Assembly: GCA_963731705.1 (NCBI GenBank)
Contig: CAVSWQ010000045.1
Coordinates: 981-64,980, forward strand
Direction of reading: 5' to 3'
DNA length: 64,000 nt
Source: an uncultured Acidobacteriota bacterium
Lineage (GTDB): Bacteria; Acidobacteriota; Terriglobia; UBA7540
Part shown: positions 49,043 through 57,147 of the stretch, piece by piece
How the letters are laid out: the number at the start of each line of letters is the position of its first letter
How positions within the stretch are numbered: the stretch's first letter is position 1
Notes under the pieces: model-generated
Told to the model about the DNA's origin: nothing
Database searches by the model: none
The model's input: the letters and a program-made list of their open reading frames with translations, nothing else
Position numbers and translations under genes: made by a program

Positions 49043-49792
49043 ATGAGTGCCATTACAGCAAGCAACCTTTTGAGCTACGCCGGGTATATCCTCGAGGCGG
49101 GCCTATTGGTGTATCTGCTTGTGCATGGTCACGCGAAACGTCTCTGGGAACTGGTTTTTTACCTTGTCATGTCGCTCAGCGTTATCGGTGCTCGCAGCTA
49201 CACGCTGCATCACTATGGCTTAGACTCATCGCAATATTGGAACTGTTACTGGACAACTGATTTGTTGCTCGTATTGGCCGCTTTTGTCGTGGTCGCTTCC
49301 TTTTTCAGGCGCGCCTGCTCCGAAAACGCGGAAATGTGGCAATTTGTAAGGCTGTTGCTGGGAACGGTTCTCGTCGCAATCACAATTGTCTCCTTTTTCT
49401 CGCTTTCCAGCCATAAAGACAAGGTGTTTTCCCTCTTTATTGTTCAATTCTCACAGAACCTTTACTTTGCCAGCCTTGTGCTGACCACCCTCTTATACCT
49501 CATGACCCTGAAAATGGAGGTTGCCGACGATAGGCTGGGAATGCTGGTTTGTGGATTAGGCATCGAGTTTGCCGGCCCGGCAGCAGGTTTAGCATTATTC
49601 TATTTGGCGCGGGGAGCCGAATTATCCCGCCTGGTCGGAGTCTACTTTTTCCCGCTTTGTGATATCGGAATGATCTTGACCTGGTTCTATGCCGTTTCCA
49701 GAGTACCCGATCTGGCGAAAGTCCCTCGCCCCAGCGTGGGCAGGGTGGATGGAACACCCGCCTATGCGCGAGGAATTATTTCCCGTTTTTAA
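49043..49792 (+). CDS. hypothetical 7-TM membrane protein
   Basis: 249 aa with about seven hydrophobic helices. No recognisable catalytic or family motif. GC content is lower than in the flanking genes. Confidence 0.6.
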   Translation: MSAITASNLLSYAGYILEAGLLVYLLVHGHAKRLWELVFYLVMSLSVIGARSYTLHHYGLDSSQYWNCYWTTDLLLVLAAFVVVASFFRRACSENAEMWQFVRLLLGTVLVAITIVSFFSLSSHKDKVFSLFIVQFSQNLYFASLVLTTLLYLMTLKMEVADDRLGMLVCGLGIEFAGPAAGLALFYLARGAELSRLVGVYFFPLCDIGMILTWFYAVSRVPDLAKVPRPSVGRVDGTPAYARGIISRF

Positions 49793-50281
49793 TTGGGGCT
49801 TCTCATGTTTCTTGCTACCTTGATTTTGACATTGTCGATCGCAATGTTTTTCTTTTACATTCAGACGATTTGTCTGAAGATCCTTCGGCAGGAGTTTGAT
49901 CGCGACTATTTCCTGCCCATCGTCAATGCCAATCGCCTGGAATTCCCGACTGTCCGCAAGGCTGTGGAGAAATTCGACGCCCCCATCGACTACGCCCGAT
50001 TTTGCATGATGTTGAAATGCGACTTTCTGGCCCTGAGCTACCTGCTGAAAAACGCTGCCAACAAAAGTCATCGTTACACGCCGCAGGACCGGCTTTTGAT
50101 TCTCTACTTCCATCTCACCTATTTCATGCTGCGTCTCCGGCACTTCCTGAAATTCGACCAAAAGACGCCGCTCCTCCGCCTGACTTCAATCCTTCAGTTT
50201 TTCGGAAACGTGGTCGGCCTGCGCGTCAGTTCGACCCACTTCAGGGAGATCAGCGCCTCGGATTACCTTCTCACTCTTTAG
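49793..50281 (+). CDS. hypothetical protein with an N-terminal TM helix and a helical soluble domain
   Basis: A TTG at 49793 immediately follows the upstream stop (alternative ATG at 49805). 162 aa, about 35-48% GC locally, and no recognised family. Confidence 0.55.
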   Translation: MGLLMFLATLILTLSIAMFFFYIQTICLKILRQEFDRDYFLPIVNANRLEFPTVRKAVEKFDAPIDYARFCMMLKCDFLALSYLLKNAANKSHRYTPQDRLLILYFHLTYFMLRLRHFLKFDQKTPLLRLTSILQFFGNVVGLRVSSTHFREISASDYLLTL

Positions 50282-50408
50282 TCCGTTCCACCTGCAGACA
50301 ACCGCACAGGATGCCGTTAAACCCGGCTTGTGAAAAGTCCTTCCTTAAACCCCCTTGCTTGTTCCCCGTTTCCTTTCCTGCCGCGGTATCGGCCGATATA
50401 CTAAAGTG

Positions 50409-51869
50409 ATGAGCATCCTTTCAAAACCTTCAACCGCGAATGCTGATTCCCGCAAGGCCAAGATCGTTTGTACTCTCGGCCCGGCGACTGACGACCCTGA
50501 AGTCCTTACCGCCCTCCTCACCGCCGGCATGGACGTTGCGCGCCTCAACTTCTCTCATGGGTCGCACTCGGAACATGGCCGGCGGCTCAGAAAACTTCGG
50601 GCTGCTGCTGCAACCTGCGGCAAGGCCGTGGCCGTCATGCAGGACCTTCAAGGGCCCAAGATTCGTACCGGATCGCTCGAAGGCGGCCGGCGCGTCGAAC
50701 TGCGAGACGGCGCTCCCATAACCATTACCACCCGGCCCGTCCCATGCAATGACCGCTTTATTTCCACCACCTTCCAGAGCCTTCCCCAGGAAGTGCGCCC
50801 GGGCAACAGCATCCTGCTCTCGGATGGCCTCATCGAACTGAACGTGGAGAGCGTGAGAGGAACAGAGATCCGCTGCCGGGTGGTGAATGGAGGGGAACTG
50901 GGTGAGCGCCAGGGCATCAACCTCCCCGGCGTCGCTCTGGGGATTTCCGCCCTGACCAGGAAAGACCGTGAAGACCTCAAGTTCGGCATTCAGAATCGCG
51001 TGGATTACATCGCCCTTTCCTTTGTGCGCCGGGCTGAAGACGTGCTGGCTTTGAAGCGCATTCTTGCCCGGGCTGAACGGTCGATTCCCGTGGTCGCCAA
51101 ACTTGAAAAGCCGGAGGCGATTGATCATCTGGATGATATTCTGCGGGCGACGGACGCCGTCATGGTAGCTCGCGGCGATCTGGGAGTTGAATTGCCTCCG
51201 GAAATGGTCCCGGCCATCCAGAAACGGATCATCAACAGCGCTTTCGCCGCGCGGGTTCCGGTGATTACCGCAACCCAGATGCTCGAGTCCATGACCGTTC
51301 ACTCGAGGCCGACCCGCGCGGAGGCTTCCGACGTTGCCAATGCGGTGATTGACGGCACGGATGCTCTGATGCTGTCGGGGGAAACCGCCACGGGCCATTA
51401 CCCCGTGAAGGCCGTAGGGATGATGGCGAGAATCATTTCCGTCACAGAAGGCACTCAGCGCTCAGTGGGTTTCCACGACGGGAGGAACTGGAACGAGGCG
51501 CTGGACGTACCTGAAGCCATCTGCGAATCCGTGGCGCACATGACGGCCGAACTGGATCTGAAAGCGGTGGCGGTTTTTACACAATCGGGATCAAGCGCTC
51601 GCGTCATTTCAAAATACCGGCCCAGGGTCCCCGTCTTCGCCTTCTCCCCTTTCGACAACGTGCTACGGAGGACCGCGCTCTATTGGGGTGTGAAGCCCGT
51701 CCACATGCGCAGACTTCAATCCACCGACAAAATGGTGGAGGCAGCCGCCCAGCGGTTGCGAGAGATGGGCGTGGTCAGCCGGGGTGACTTCATTGCAGTG
51801 ATTGCCGGCAACCCCATCGCCAAACGAGGGAGCACCAATATTTTCAAAGTGCATCGGGTTGTAGGATGA
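50409..51869 (+). CDS. pyk: pyruvate kinase
   Basis: ATG at 50409. Contains KIVCTLGPAT, ARLNFSHG, MVARGDLGVE and TQMLESM motifs. Confidence 0.95.
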   Translation: MSILSKPSTANADSRKAKIVCTLGPATDDPEVLTALLTAGMDVARLNFSHGSHSEHGRRLRKLRAAAATCGKAVAVMQDLQGPKIRTGSLEGGRRVELRDGAPITITTRPVPCNDRFISTTFQSLPQEVRPGNSILLSDGLIELNVESVRGTEIRCRVVNGGELGERQGINLPGVALGISALTRKDREDLKFGIQNRVDYIALSFVRRAEDVLALKRILARAERSIPVVAKLEKPEAIDHLDDILRATDAVMVARGDLGVELPPEMVPAIQKRIINSAFAARVPVITATQMLESMTVHSRPTRAEASDVANAVIDGTDALMLSGETATGHYPVKAVGMMARIISVTEGTQRSVGFHDGRNWNEALDVPEAICESVAHMTAELDLKAVAVFTQSGSSARVISKYRPRVPVFAFSPFDNVLRRTALYWGVKPVHMRRLQSTDKMVEAAAQRLREMGVVSRGDFIAVIAGNPIAKRGSTNIFKVHRVVG

Positions 51870-52015
51870 AAGACAGGTCCGCACACGGTTCAGCAGCCTT
51901 CCTCTTGCAATGAATCCACGCCACGCAAGAACTTTAGGAAACACGAGCGGCCGGCCGGTCAAGGGACGAAGCCTTCAGCCTTTCCGACTCCGTCCCGCAT
52001 CATACGCCCCGGTTA

Positions 52016-52531
52016 TTACCGCACTGCCATTTCGCGCGCGTGGGTCCTGCGGAGGTGGTACTCGTAAGCCCCAAACAGGATACCGCTGAAAAGAACGGCG
52101 CTGATCAGTGAATTCCCATAGAACGGAATCGCCGCCGCGTAGCAGGCTGCAAGGCCGCCGAAGGTTGGCGGATACATTCCTCCGCCAATCCACACAGCGA
52201 AATTACTGATCACGAAAAAGACGCTCGGCCCGGCCACCGAGGCCACCAGCACGTTGCGCATGTTGACACGCTTTTGCAACCACCAGCCGACCATCACGAT
52301 CGCGGCAAAACCAACCCAGTTCAGGGTCTGCATCCATTGGAACGACGCCTGGTAAAGAAGCGAATTCACCAGCAAGTCACTCCCGGCAAGCAGCAAGACG
52401 GGAAACCAGATGGAATCGCGCCTCTTGAGGTAGGCGCCGCTGAAAAGAAGCCCGGCGTAAACGGGGCTGAAGTTGGCTGCGCCGGGAATGAACCGTGCTG
52501 CAATCGCCAGTGCAATAATGAGATAAAGCAT
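52016..52531 (-). CDS. DUF6580-like membrane protein (putative transport component linked to TonB receptors)
   Basis: 171 aa with 5-6 TM helices. The N-terminal sequence is ARFIPGAANFSPVYAGLLFSGAY. It lies 15 nt downstream of the TonB-dependent receptor. Confidence 0.6.
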   Translation of the reverse strand: MLYLIIALAIAARFIPGAANFSPVYAGLLFSGAYLKRRDSIWFPVLLLAGSDLLVNSLLYQASFQWMQTLNWVGFAAIVMVGWWLQKRVNMRNVLVASVAGPSVFFVISNFAVWIGGGMYPPTFGGLAACYAAAIPFYGNSLISAVLFSGILFGAYEYHLRRTHAREMAVR

Positions 52532-52546
52532 CCTTGTCTCCTTCGC

Positions 52547-54780
52547 TCAAAATTCCAGGCGGATGCCGGCGCGGTATGTCCTCTTGAGCGCCGGATAGCC
52601 CAGGACTTGCATATACTTCTGATTGAAAAGATTTCCTACCAGCCCATAGTACGTCATGTGCCCGAAGGCCCGGTAACTCCATGAAAGGGTCGAGTCTGTG
52701 TAGCCATTGTTCCAGATCAGCGGCGGTTCCAGGCCCACAAAATCGCTGTCCTGCCGCCGCCCCACAATACTTGTGGTTGAGGTCACATTCATGCGCCCCC
52801 AGTTCCACAGAACCTGCACGGAACCCGAATGCCGCGGCTGCCTCAGAAGCCATCGCCCGGCCTGCAAGGCCGGGGAATACGGGTTGCCACTTTCAATGAC
52901 TTCTGAATCAAGATAAGTGTAACTTCCAATCGCCCGCAAGCCCCTCACGGGAGCAAGATCCAGCGATACCTCTGCGCCTTTGGCCCGGGCGCGACCGATG
53001 TTGAAATACGTGCCGCTAAAGGTCTGGTAATTCGTTGTTTCAAACGCGATCTGATCACGAAACAAGTTGTCAAAGCCGTCCAGTTCCAGCCGGCCCTTCC
53101 CATCCCAGAACCGCTGCTCCAAGCCGTAGTCCAGTGTCCGGGTGCGCTCGGGAGCCAGGTTCGGGTTCCCCACAAAGTAGGGCGAATTGGCGTAGGATTC
53201 CAGAAAGCTGGGCTCCTTGACCCCCAGACCGAAGTTGAACTTCAGCGTCGTAGCTCCGAAAAACCCTCCGCCGTTTCGCACTCGGTACGCCAGTGAACTG
53301 CGCGGAACAACCACCGTTCCAAAACTGCCGTTATCGTCGATGCGGACCCCGTTGCCCAGCGACAGCCGGCCCCACAACATCTGGTCCTGGAAAGTATAGC
53401 CGAAGTTATTTCGCCGCGCACGCGTTGCAGGGTCCTGGGCGAACCGGTCCACCAGGAATCCATGTTCTCCGTCCCAGTCAAAAGCAAAGGTATCCACATG
53501 GTGCCCGAACCGGCCTCCCAACGGCGAGCCTTCCCAGTTGGTCTGGTAGCTCACGTGGTTGCGCCACTCGTCGTCGAGATAATTCGTTGCGTAGTCGTAG
53601 TACTGGTAGGCAGCGGTTCGTCCCTCATATGAAGGCGTGAACGGAGGATTCTGGCCCAGGTCAAGGGAAACCTGGCGGCTCTTTGAAAACGTGTAGGTCA
53701 GCTGCTGCTCCCAGGAAGAAGTGACCTGGTTGTGGAGTGAAAAAGCGCCATAACCTGTCCGCTGCCGGTACGAAGCGTCAGTGATGGGCGGCCCGAAGGC
53801 CGTCTGGCCCGGAGTTCCCGCCAGGCCAAAATTGCCCATCATGATGGCGCGCAACGTGGTTGCCTTTCCCACCTTCAGGCCCAGGTTTGCCGAAAGCGTG
53901 GTGACGTGGAAAAAATCGTTGGGGACCTGGTTGTCGGTGCTGAACTTTCCTCCCTCCAGTGCTGTAGTCGAAAGGTCCGTCGCCGCCCGTAACCGAACCC
54001 CGCCCCTGCCAGGTGGAATTCTTGCCGCCTTCCCCGCTGAAGGAAAAGTGAGGGTGTCGGGTTTCCGTGCTGCCATGCCGCGTAAACAACTGGATCACAC
54101 TGGTCATGGCGTCGGACCCGAACAAGGCGGATTCCGCGCTGCGAACCACTTCAACCCGTTCGAGGTTGCTGGTGGTGAGTGTGCTGAAGTCAAACGCCCC
54201 GCCGGCCAGGTTCAGCGGAACACCATCCAGCAGCACCTTGTTGTAATCACTGTCGCCCCCGCGGACAAACACGCTGGTCACACCGCCCGGAGCGCCGTTG
54301 CGAACCACCGTAATACCCGGCAGAGACTGCAGCAGGTCGCTGACAAAAGGGCGTCTCACGGTCCACAATCTGCTTCCGGGTAATCACGCTGGTACTCGCT
54401 CCAAGCTGGCTTGTGGCTGCCGCCGTTCGCGTGGCCGTCACAAAAACACTTTCGTGGACGGGAGCCAAAGGCAAAACGAGATGAAGCGTTTCGCCGGCCC
54501 TGGCTGTGGCCGTGGTTTCACCGAATCCGGCAAGAGAAACCTTCAAGTTATAGGTCCCGGAGGCAAGGCCCTCAAAATGGAATTGCCCCTGTTCGCCGGT
54601 CACCGTATGCGCAACTTCTCTGCCCCCGGCGCCAAACAAGCGCACAGCTGCACCGGGAACTTCAGCCCCTTGAGGATCCGCTACTGTTCCCCGGAGGGTT
54701 GCAGCATTTCCAGCAATAGTGCTCGTCAGAAACAAAAACAGGAAAAGAAACAAAGGCCACTGGTAACGGCCTGCTTTCAT
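52547..54780 (-). pseudogene. TonB-dependent receptor (BtuB-like, CarboxypepD_reg N-terminal domain), interrupted by two 1-nt insertions
   Basis: Three ORFs (54247..54780, 53778..54368, 52547..54076) tile one receptor: signal plus TLRGTV..GTYNLKV domain, plug (PFVSDLLQSLPGITVV..FVRGG..NKVLLDGVPLN) and barrel ending in a C-terminal F. Frame switches occur at the TTTT run (54345-54348) and near 53958-53963. Confidence 0.8.
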
Positions 54781-54849
54781 AATTCCATCCTTTCTGCCCG
54801 TCTTAATAACGGGCGTCCCGGACGGAAGGACACACGAAGAAACAGCCTG

Positions 54850-54891
54850 AAAAACAAAAAACCTTCCAATTCCTCATACGGAACCGGAAGG
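54850..54891 (-). terminator. intrinsic terminator forming the expression platform of the cobalamin riboswitch
   Basis: The minus strand forms a 12-bp stem with two G-U pairs, CCTTCCGGTTCC-GTATGA-GGAATTGGAAGG, followed by TTTTTTGTTTTT, about 70 nt upstream of the receptor ATG. Confidence 0.75.
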
Positions 54892-54944
54892 CTTCGGCAG
54901 CTCTCCCTCAGTCCTCTTTCCGTCGAAGAGTCAGTCTGAGTTTC

Positions 54945-55130
54945 AGTTCCTGGGCAGGCTTCCTGGCTTTCGGGTCATCGCGGGACCTTCTGCCTTCCCA
55001 TCCCTGACTTCAGGGACAGTGGCTTTCAGAATCGAAGATCCAACTCGCCGATCACAGTGGCGGGACCGCGGCCGGTTTTCACGGCCTTTCCTTTTATCCC
55101 CGCTTGCGCGGGGCACCACAGGAACAAAAG
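54945..55130 (-). promoter_or_regulatory. cobalamin (B12) riboswitch aptamer
   Basis: The minus strand reads GGTGCCCCGCGCAAGCGGGGATAAAAGGAAAGGCCGTGAAAACCGGCCGCGGTCCCGCCACTGTGA ... AAGCCAGGAAGCCTGCC. This matches the conserved core, including the B12 box GCCACTG and the 3' AGCCAGGA..CCTGCC element. Confidence 0.85.
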
Positions 55131-55227
55131 TTTTCAAAGAACAACGAACGGATTGACTCTAGCACCGGTGGAAGGCAGGCGTCAACCGGATTGGTGTGTG
55201 TACGCCCTGCCCTGGACCGAGACAGGG

Positions 55228-55256
55228 TTGCCATTCTGAAGTGTCGTGGTTATACT
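55228..55256 (+). promoter_or_regulatory. putative sigma70 promoter of the mazEF-like operon (near-leaderless)
   Basis: TTGCCA (55228-55233), 17 nt, TATACT (55251-55256). The antitoxin ATG at 55263 lies 7 nt after the -10 box. Confidence 0.45.
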
Positions 55257-55262
55257 CATGGT

Positions 55263-55499
55263 ATGAAAACCGCCGTTTCCATTCCTAATGACATCTTCGA
55301 GGTTGCAGAGCGTTTGGCCCGCCGCACCAGGAAATCACGCAGCCAGTTGTTCAGCGATGCGCTTAAGGAGTACCTCGCGCGGCACGTCCCGGACGAGATC
55401 ACAGAAACAATGAACCGGGTCTGTGATGAAGTGGACGAACCGAAGGATCAGTTTGTCTCCACCGCTTCCCACCGCATCCTGAGGCAAAGCGAGTGGTAA
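55263..55499 (+). CDS. ribbon-helix-helix type II antitoxin
   Basis: 78 aa. The sequence MKTAVSIPNDIFEVAERLARRTRKSRSQLFSDALKEYL is an RHH/CopG-like fold signature. It overlaps the toxin start. Confidence 0.8.
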   Translation: MKTAVSIPNDIFEVAERLARRTRKSRSQLFSDALKEYLARHVPDEITETMNRVCDEVDEPKDQFVSTASHRILRQSEW

Positions 55500-55837
55500 T
55501 TTCACAGGGTGAGATCTGGTGGGCTGATCTGCCCGCTCCCGAAGGATCCGGCCCGGGGTTTCGAAGGCCGGTGGTCGTGGTGCAATCTGACGCGCTCAAT
55601 CGAAGCCGAGTCGCCACGGTGGTCTGTGTGCCGTTGACGAGCAACCTCAAATGGGCTTTGGCGCCTGGCAATGTGCACCTTTCGAAGCGTCTCACAGGGC
55701 TGGCGAAAGATTCCGTCGCCAACGTATCGCTGGTCGTCAGTGTTGACAAGGAATGCCTCACCGAACGAGTGGGTAAGCTGCCAGCTTCAAAGCTTGAACT
55801 GGTTCTCTCAGGCATCGACATTGTTCTTGGTCGATAG
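55493..55837 (+). CDS. mazF: MazF/PemK family type II toxin endoribonuclease
   Basis: GTG start. The sequence QGEIWWADL.....G.GFRRPVVVVQSD..N....TVVCVPLTS is the PemK signature. Confidence 0.85.
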   Translation: MVISQGEIWWADLPAPEGSGPGFRRPVVVVQSDALNRSRVATVVCVPLTSNLKWALAPGNVHLSKRLTGLAKDSVANVSLVVSVDKECLTERVGKLPASKLELVLSGIDIVLGR

Positions 55838-55880
55838 CGCCGGGCGCCGCTGCCAACCCTCACTCGTGCCAGCAATCGTG

Positions 55881-56264
55881 TCAATGCACGCGCGAAAAGT
55901 GCTCATGGACAATCTGCCACTTGTCGCCGCTGCGGACAAACACGTGGCTGCCGCGACCGTGGATGGCGTGCCGGGGGCGTCCTGCACCAAGCTCCACCGT
56001 CCAGGTGAAAGTGGCCACTGCGGTATCGCCAAACACCTGGATCTGCGGCTTGACGACCGCGTATTTCATCTTGCTGCTGGCGTGCCGGTAGTAGTCAAAG
56101 GTTTTGCGCATGGCCGCTCGGCCGCTGATGCGCTGCTGTTGGGTGGAAGAGAATCCCACAACCTTGGGATGGAAGTGGGCCAGGAGGTCGTCGGTTTTAC
56201 CGGCGTTGAAGTCTCGAACCAGTTCTTTCTCAATCGCCAGAATGCTTTGCTGTGCAGATGCCAT
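55881..56264 (-). CDS. SnoaL-like / DUF4440 (NTF2 fold) protein
   Basis: 127 aa. Shows a typical NTF2-like pattern ending in GDKWQIVHEHFS. Confidence 0.7.
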   Translation of the reverse strand: MASAQQSILAIEKELVRDFNAGKTDDLLAHFHPKVVGFSSTQQQRISGRAAMRKTFDYYRHASSKMKYAVVKPQIQVFGDTAVATFTWTVELGAGRPRHAIHGRGSHVFVRSGDKWQIVHEHFSRVH

Positions 56265-56335
56265 GGGCTCCTCCTTCGCCAGAGTGTCACGCGCCGCAGC
56301 CCCAGCCCGTCATCAACACGCTCTACAAACCCATT

Positions 56336-57073
56336 TTAATTGATCCAGCGGTCAGGGTCATCCTTTCTTTCCTGATCCCGCATATAGACTTCAAACTTGC
56401 GCCGCAATCGCGCCCGCCGCCATTCTTCATATCGCAATTGCATGCGGCCCGAAAGCCCGCTTCCCCGCAGATAAAGGTAGGCCACCAGCATGCCACCCAG
56501 ATGCGCCAGGTGAGCAACATTGGAACCGGGCCCGCTGATCTCGCTGAAGAATTCGATGGCGCCGATGATCACCACAAACCACTTGGCCTTGATCGGAATG
56601 ACGAACCAGATAAAAATCGGCCGGTTGGGAAAGAGCACCCCGAAGGCCAGCAGCAGTCCGTAGATGGCTCCTGAAGCTCCGATGGTCAGCGAGAAGGGCG
56701 ACCCAAAGAGCGTGGTGAGCACCACGTCAAACACTCCCGCGCCGATTCCACAGAGGAAATAAAACTTGAGGAACTCCGACTCTCCCCACAGCTGTTCCAG
56801 GTCCGGCCCGAACATCCACAGCGCAAACATGTTAAAGAAGATGTGGAAAAATCCGCCATGCAGGAACAGGTAGGTGACGAGCTGCCAGAGAAAAAGGCGA
56901 TGGACCACCGCGTAGGGCTGCAAACCCAGATAGAAGAACGGCGCCTGCCAGCCAAACAGTCTAAGAGGCAGATAAGTCAACACAAATACCGCCGCCGTGA
57001 CAATCACCAGCCCCTTCACCATCCGCGTGAAGGGCGGGAAAAACGACATGTACGATTGAGTATAGCGAGGCAT
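56336..57073 (-). CDS. rhomboid family intramembrane serine protease
   Basis: 245 aa. Contains HGGFFHIFFNM, GASGAIYGLL (catalytic Ser) and AHLGG (His). Confidence 0.9.
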   Translation of the reverse strand: MPRYTQSYMSFFPPFTRMVKGLVIVTAAVFVLTYLPLRLFGWQAPFFYLGLQPYAVVHRLFLWQLVTYLFLHGGFFHIFFNMFALWMFGPDLEQLWGESEFLKFYFLCGIGAGVFDVVLTTLFGSPFSLTIGASGAIYGLLLAFGVLFPNRPIFIWFVIPIKAKWFVVIIGAIEFFSEISGPGSNVAHLAHLGGMLVAYLYLRGSGLSGRMQLRYEEWRRARLRRKFEVYMRDQERKDDPDRWIN

Positions 57074-57147
57074 TAATTGAAGCCTACCATAAGAACGGAG
57101 CTAGAGGGAGTGGCTATGGACAATTCGCGCGCCCCGCGCGCCGCAAA

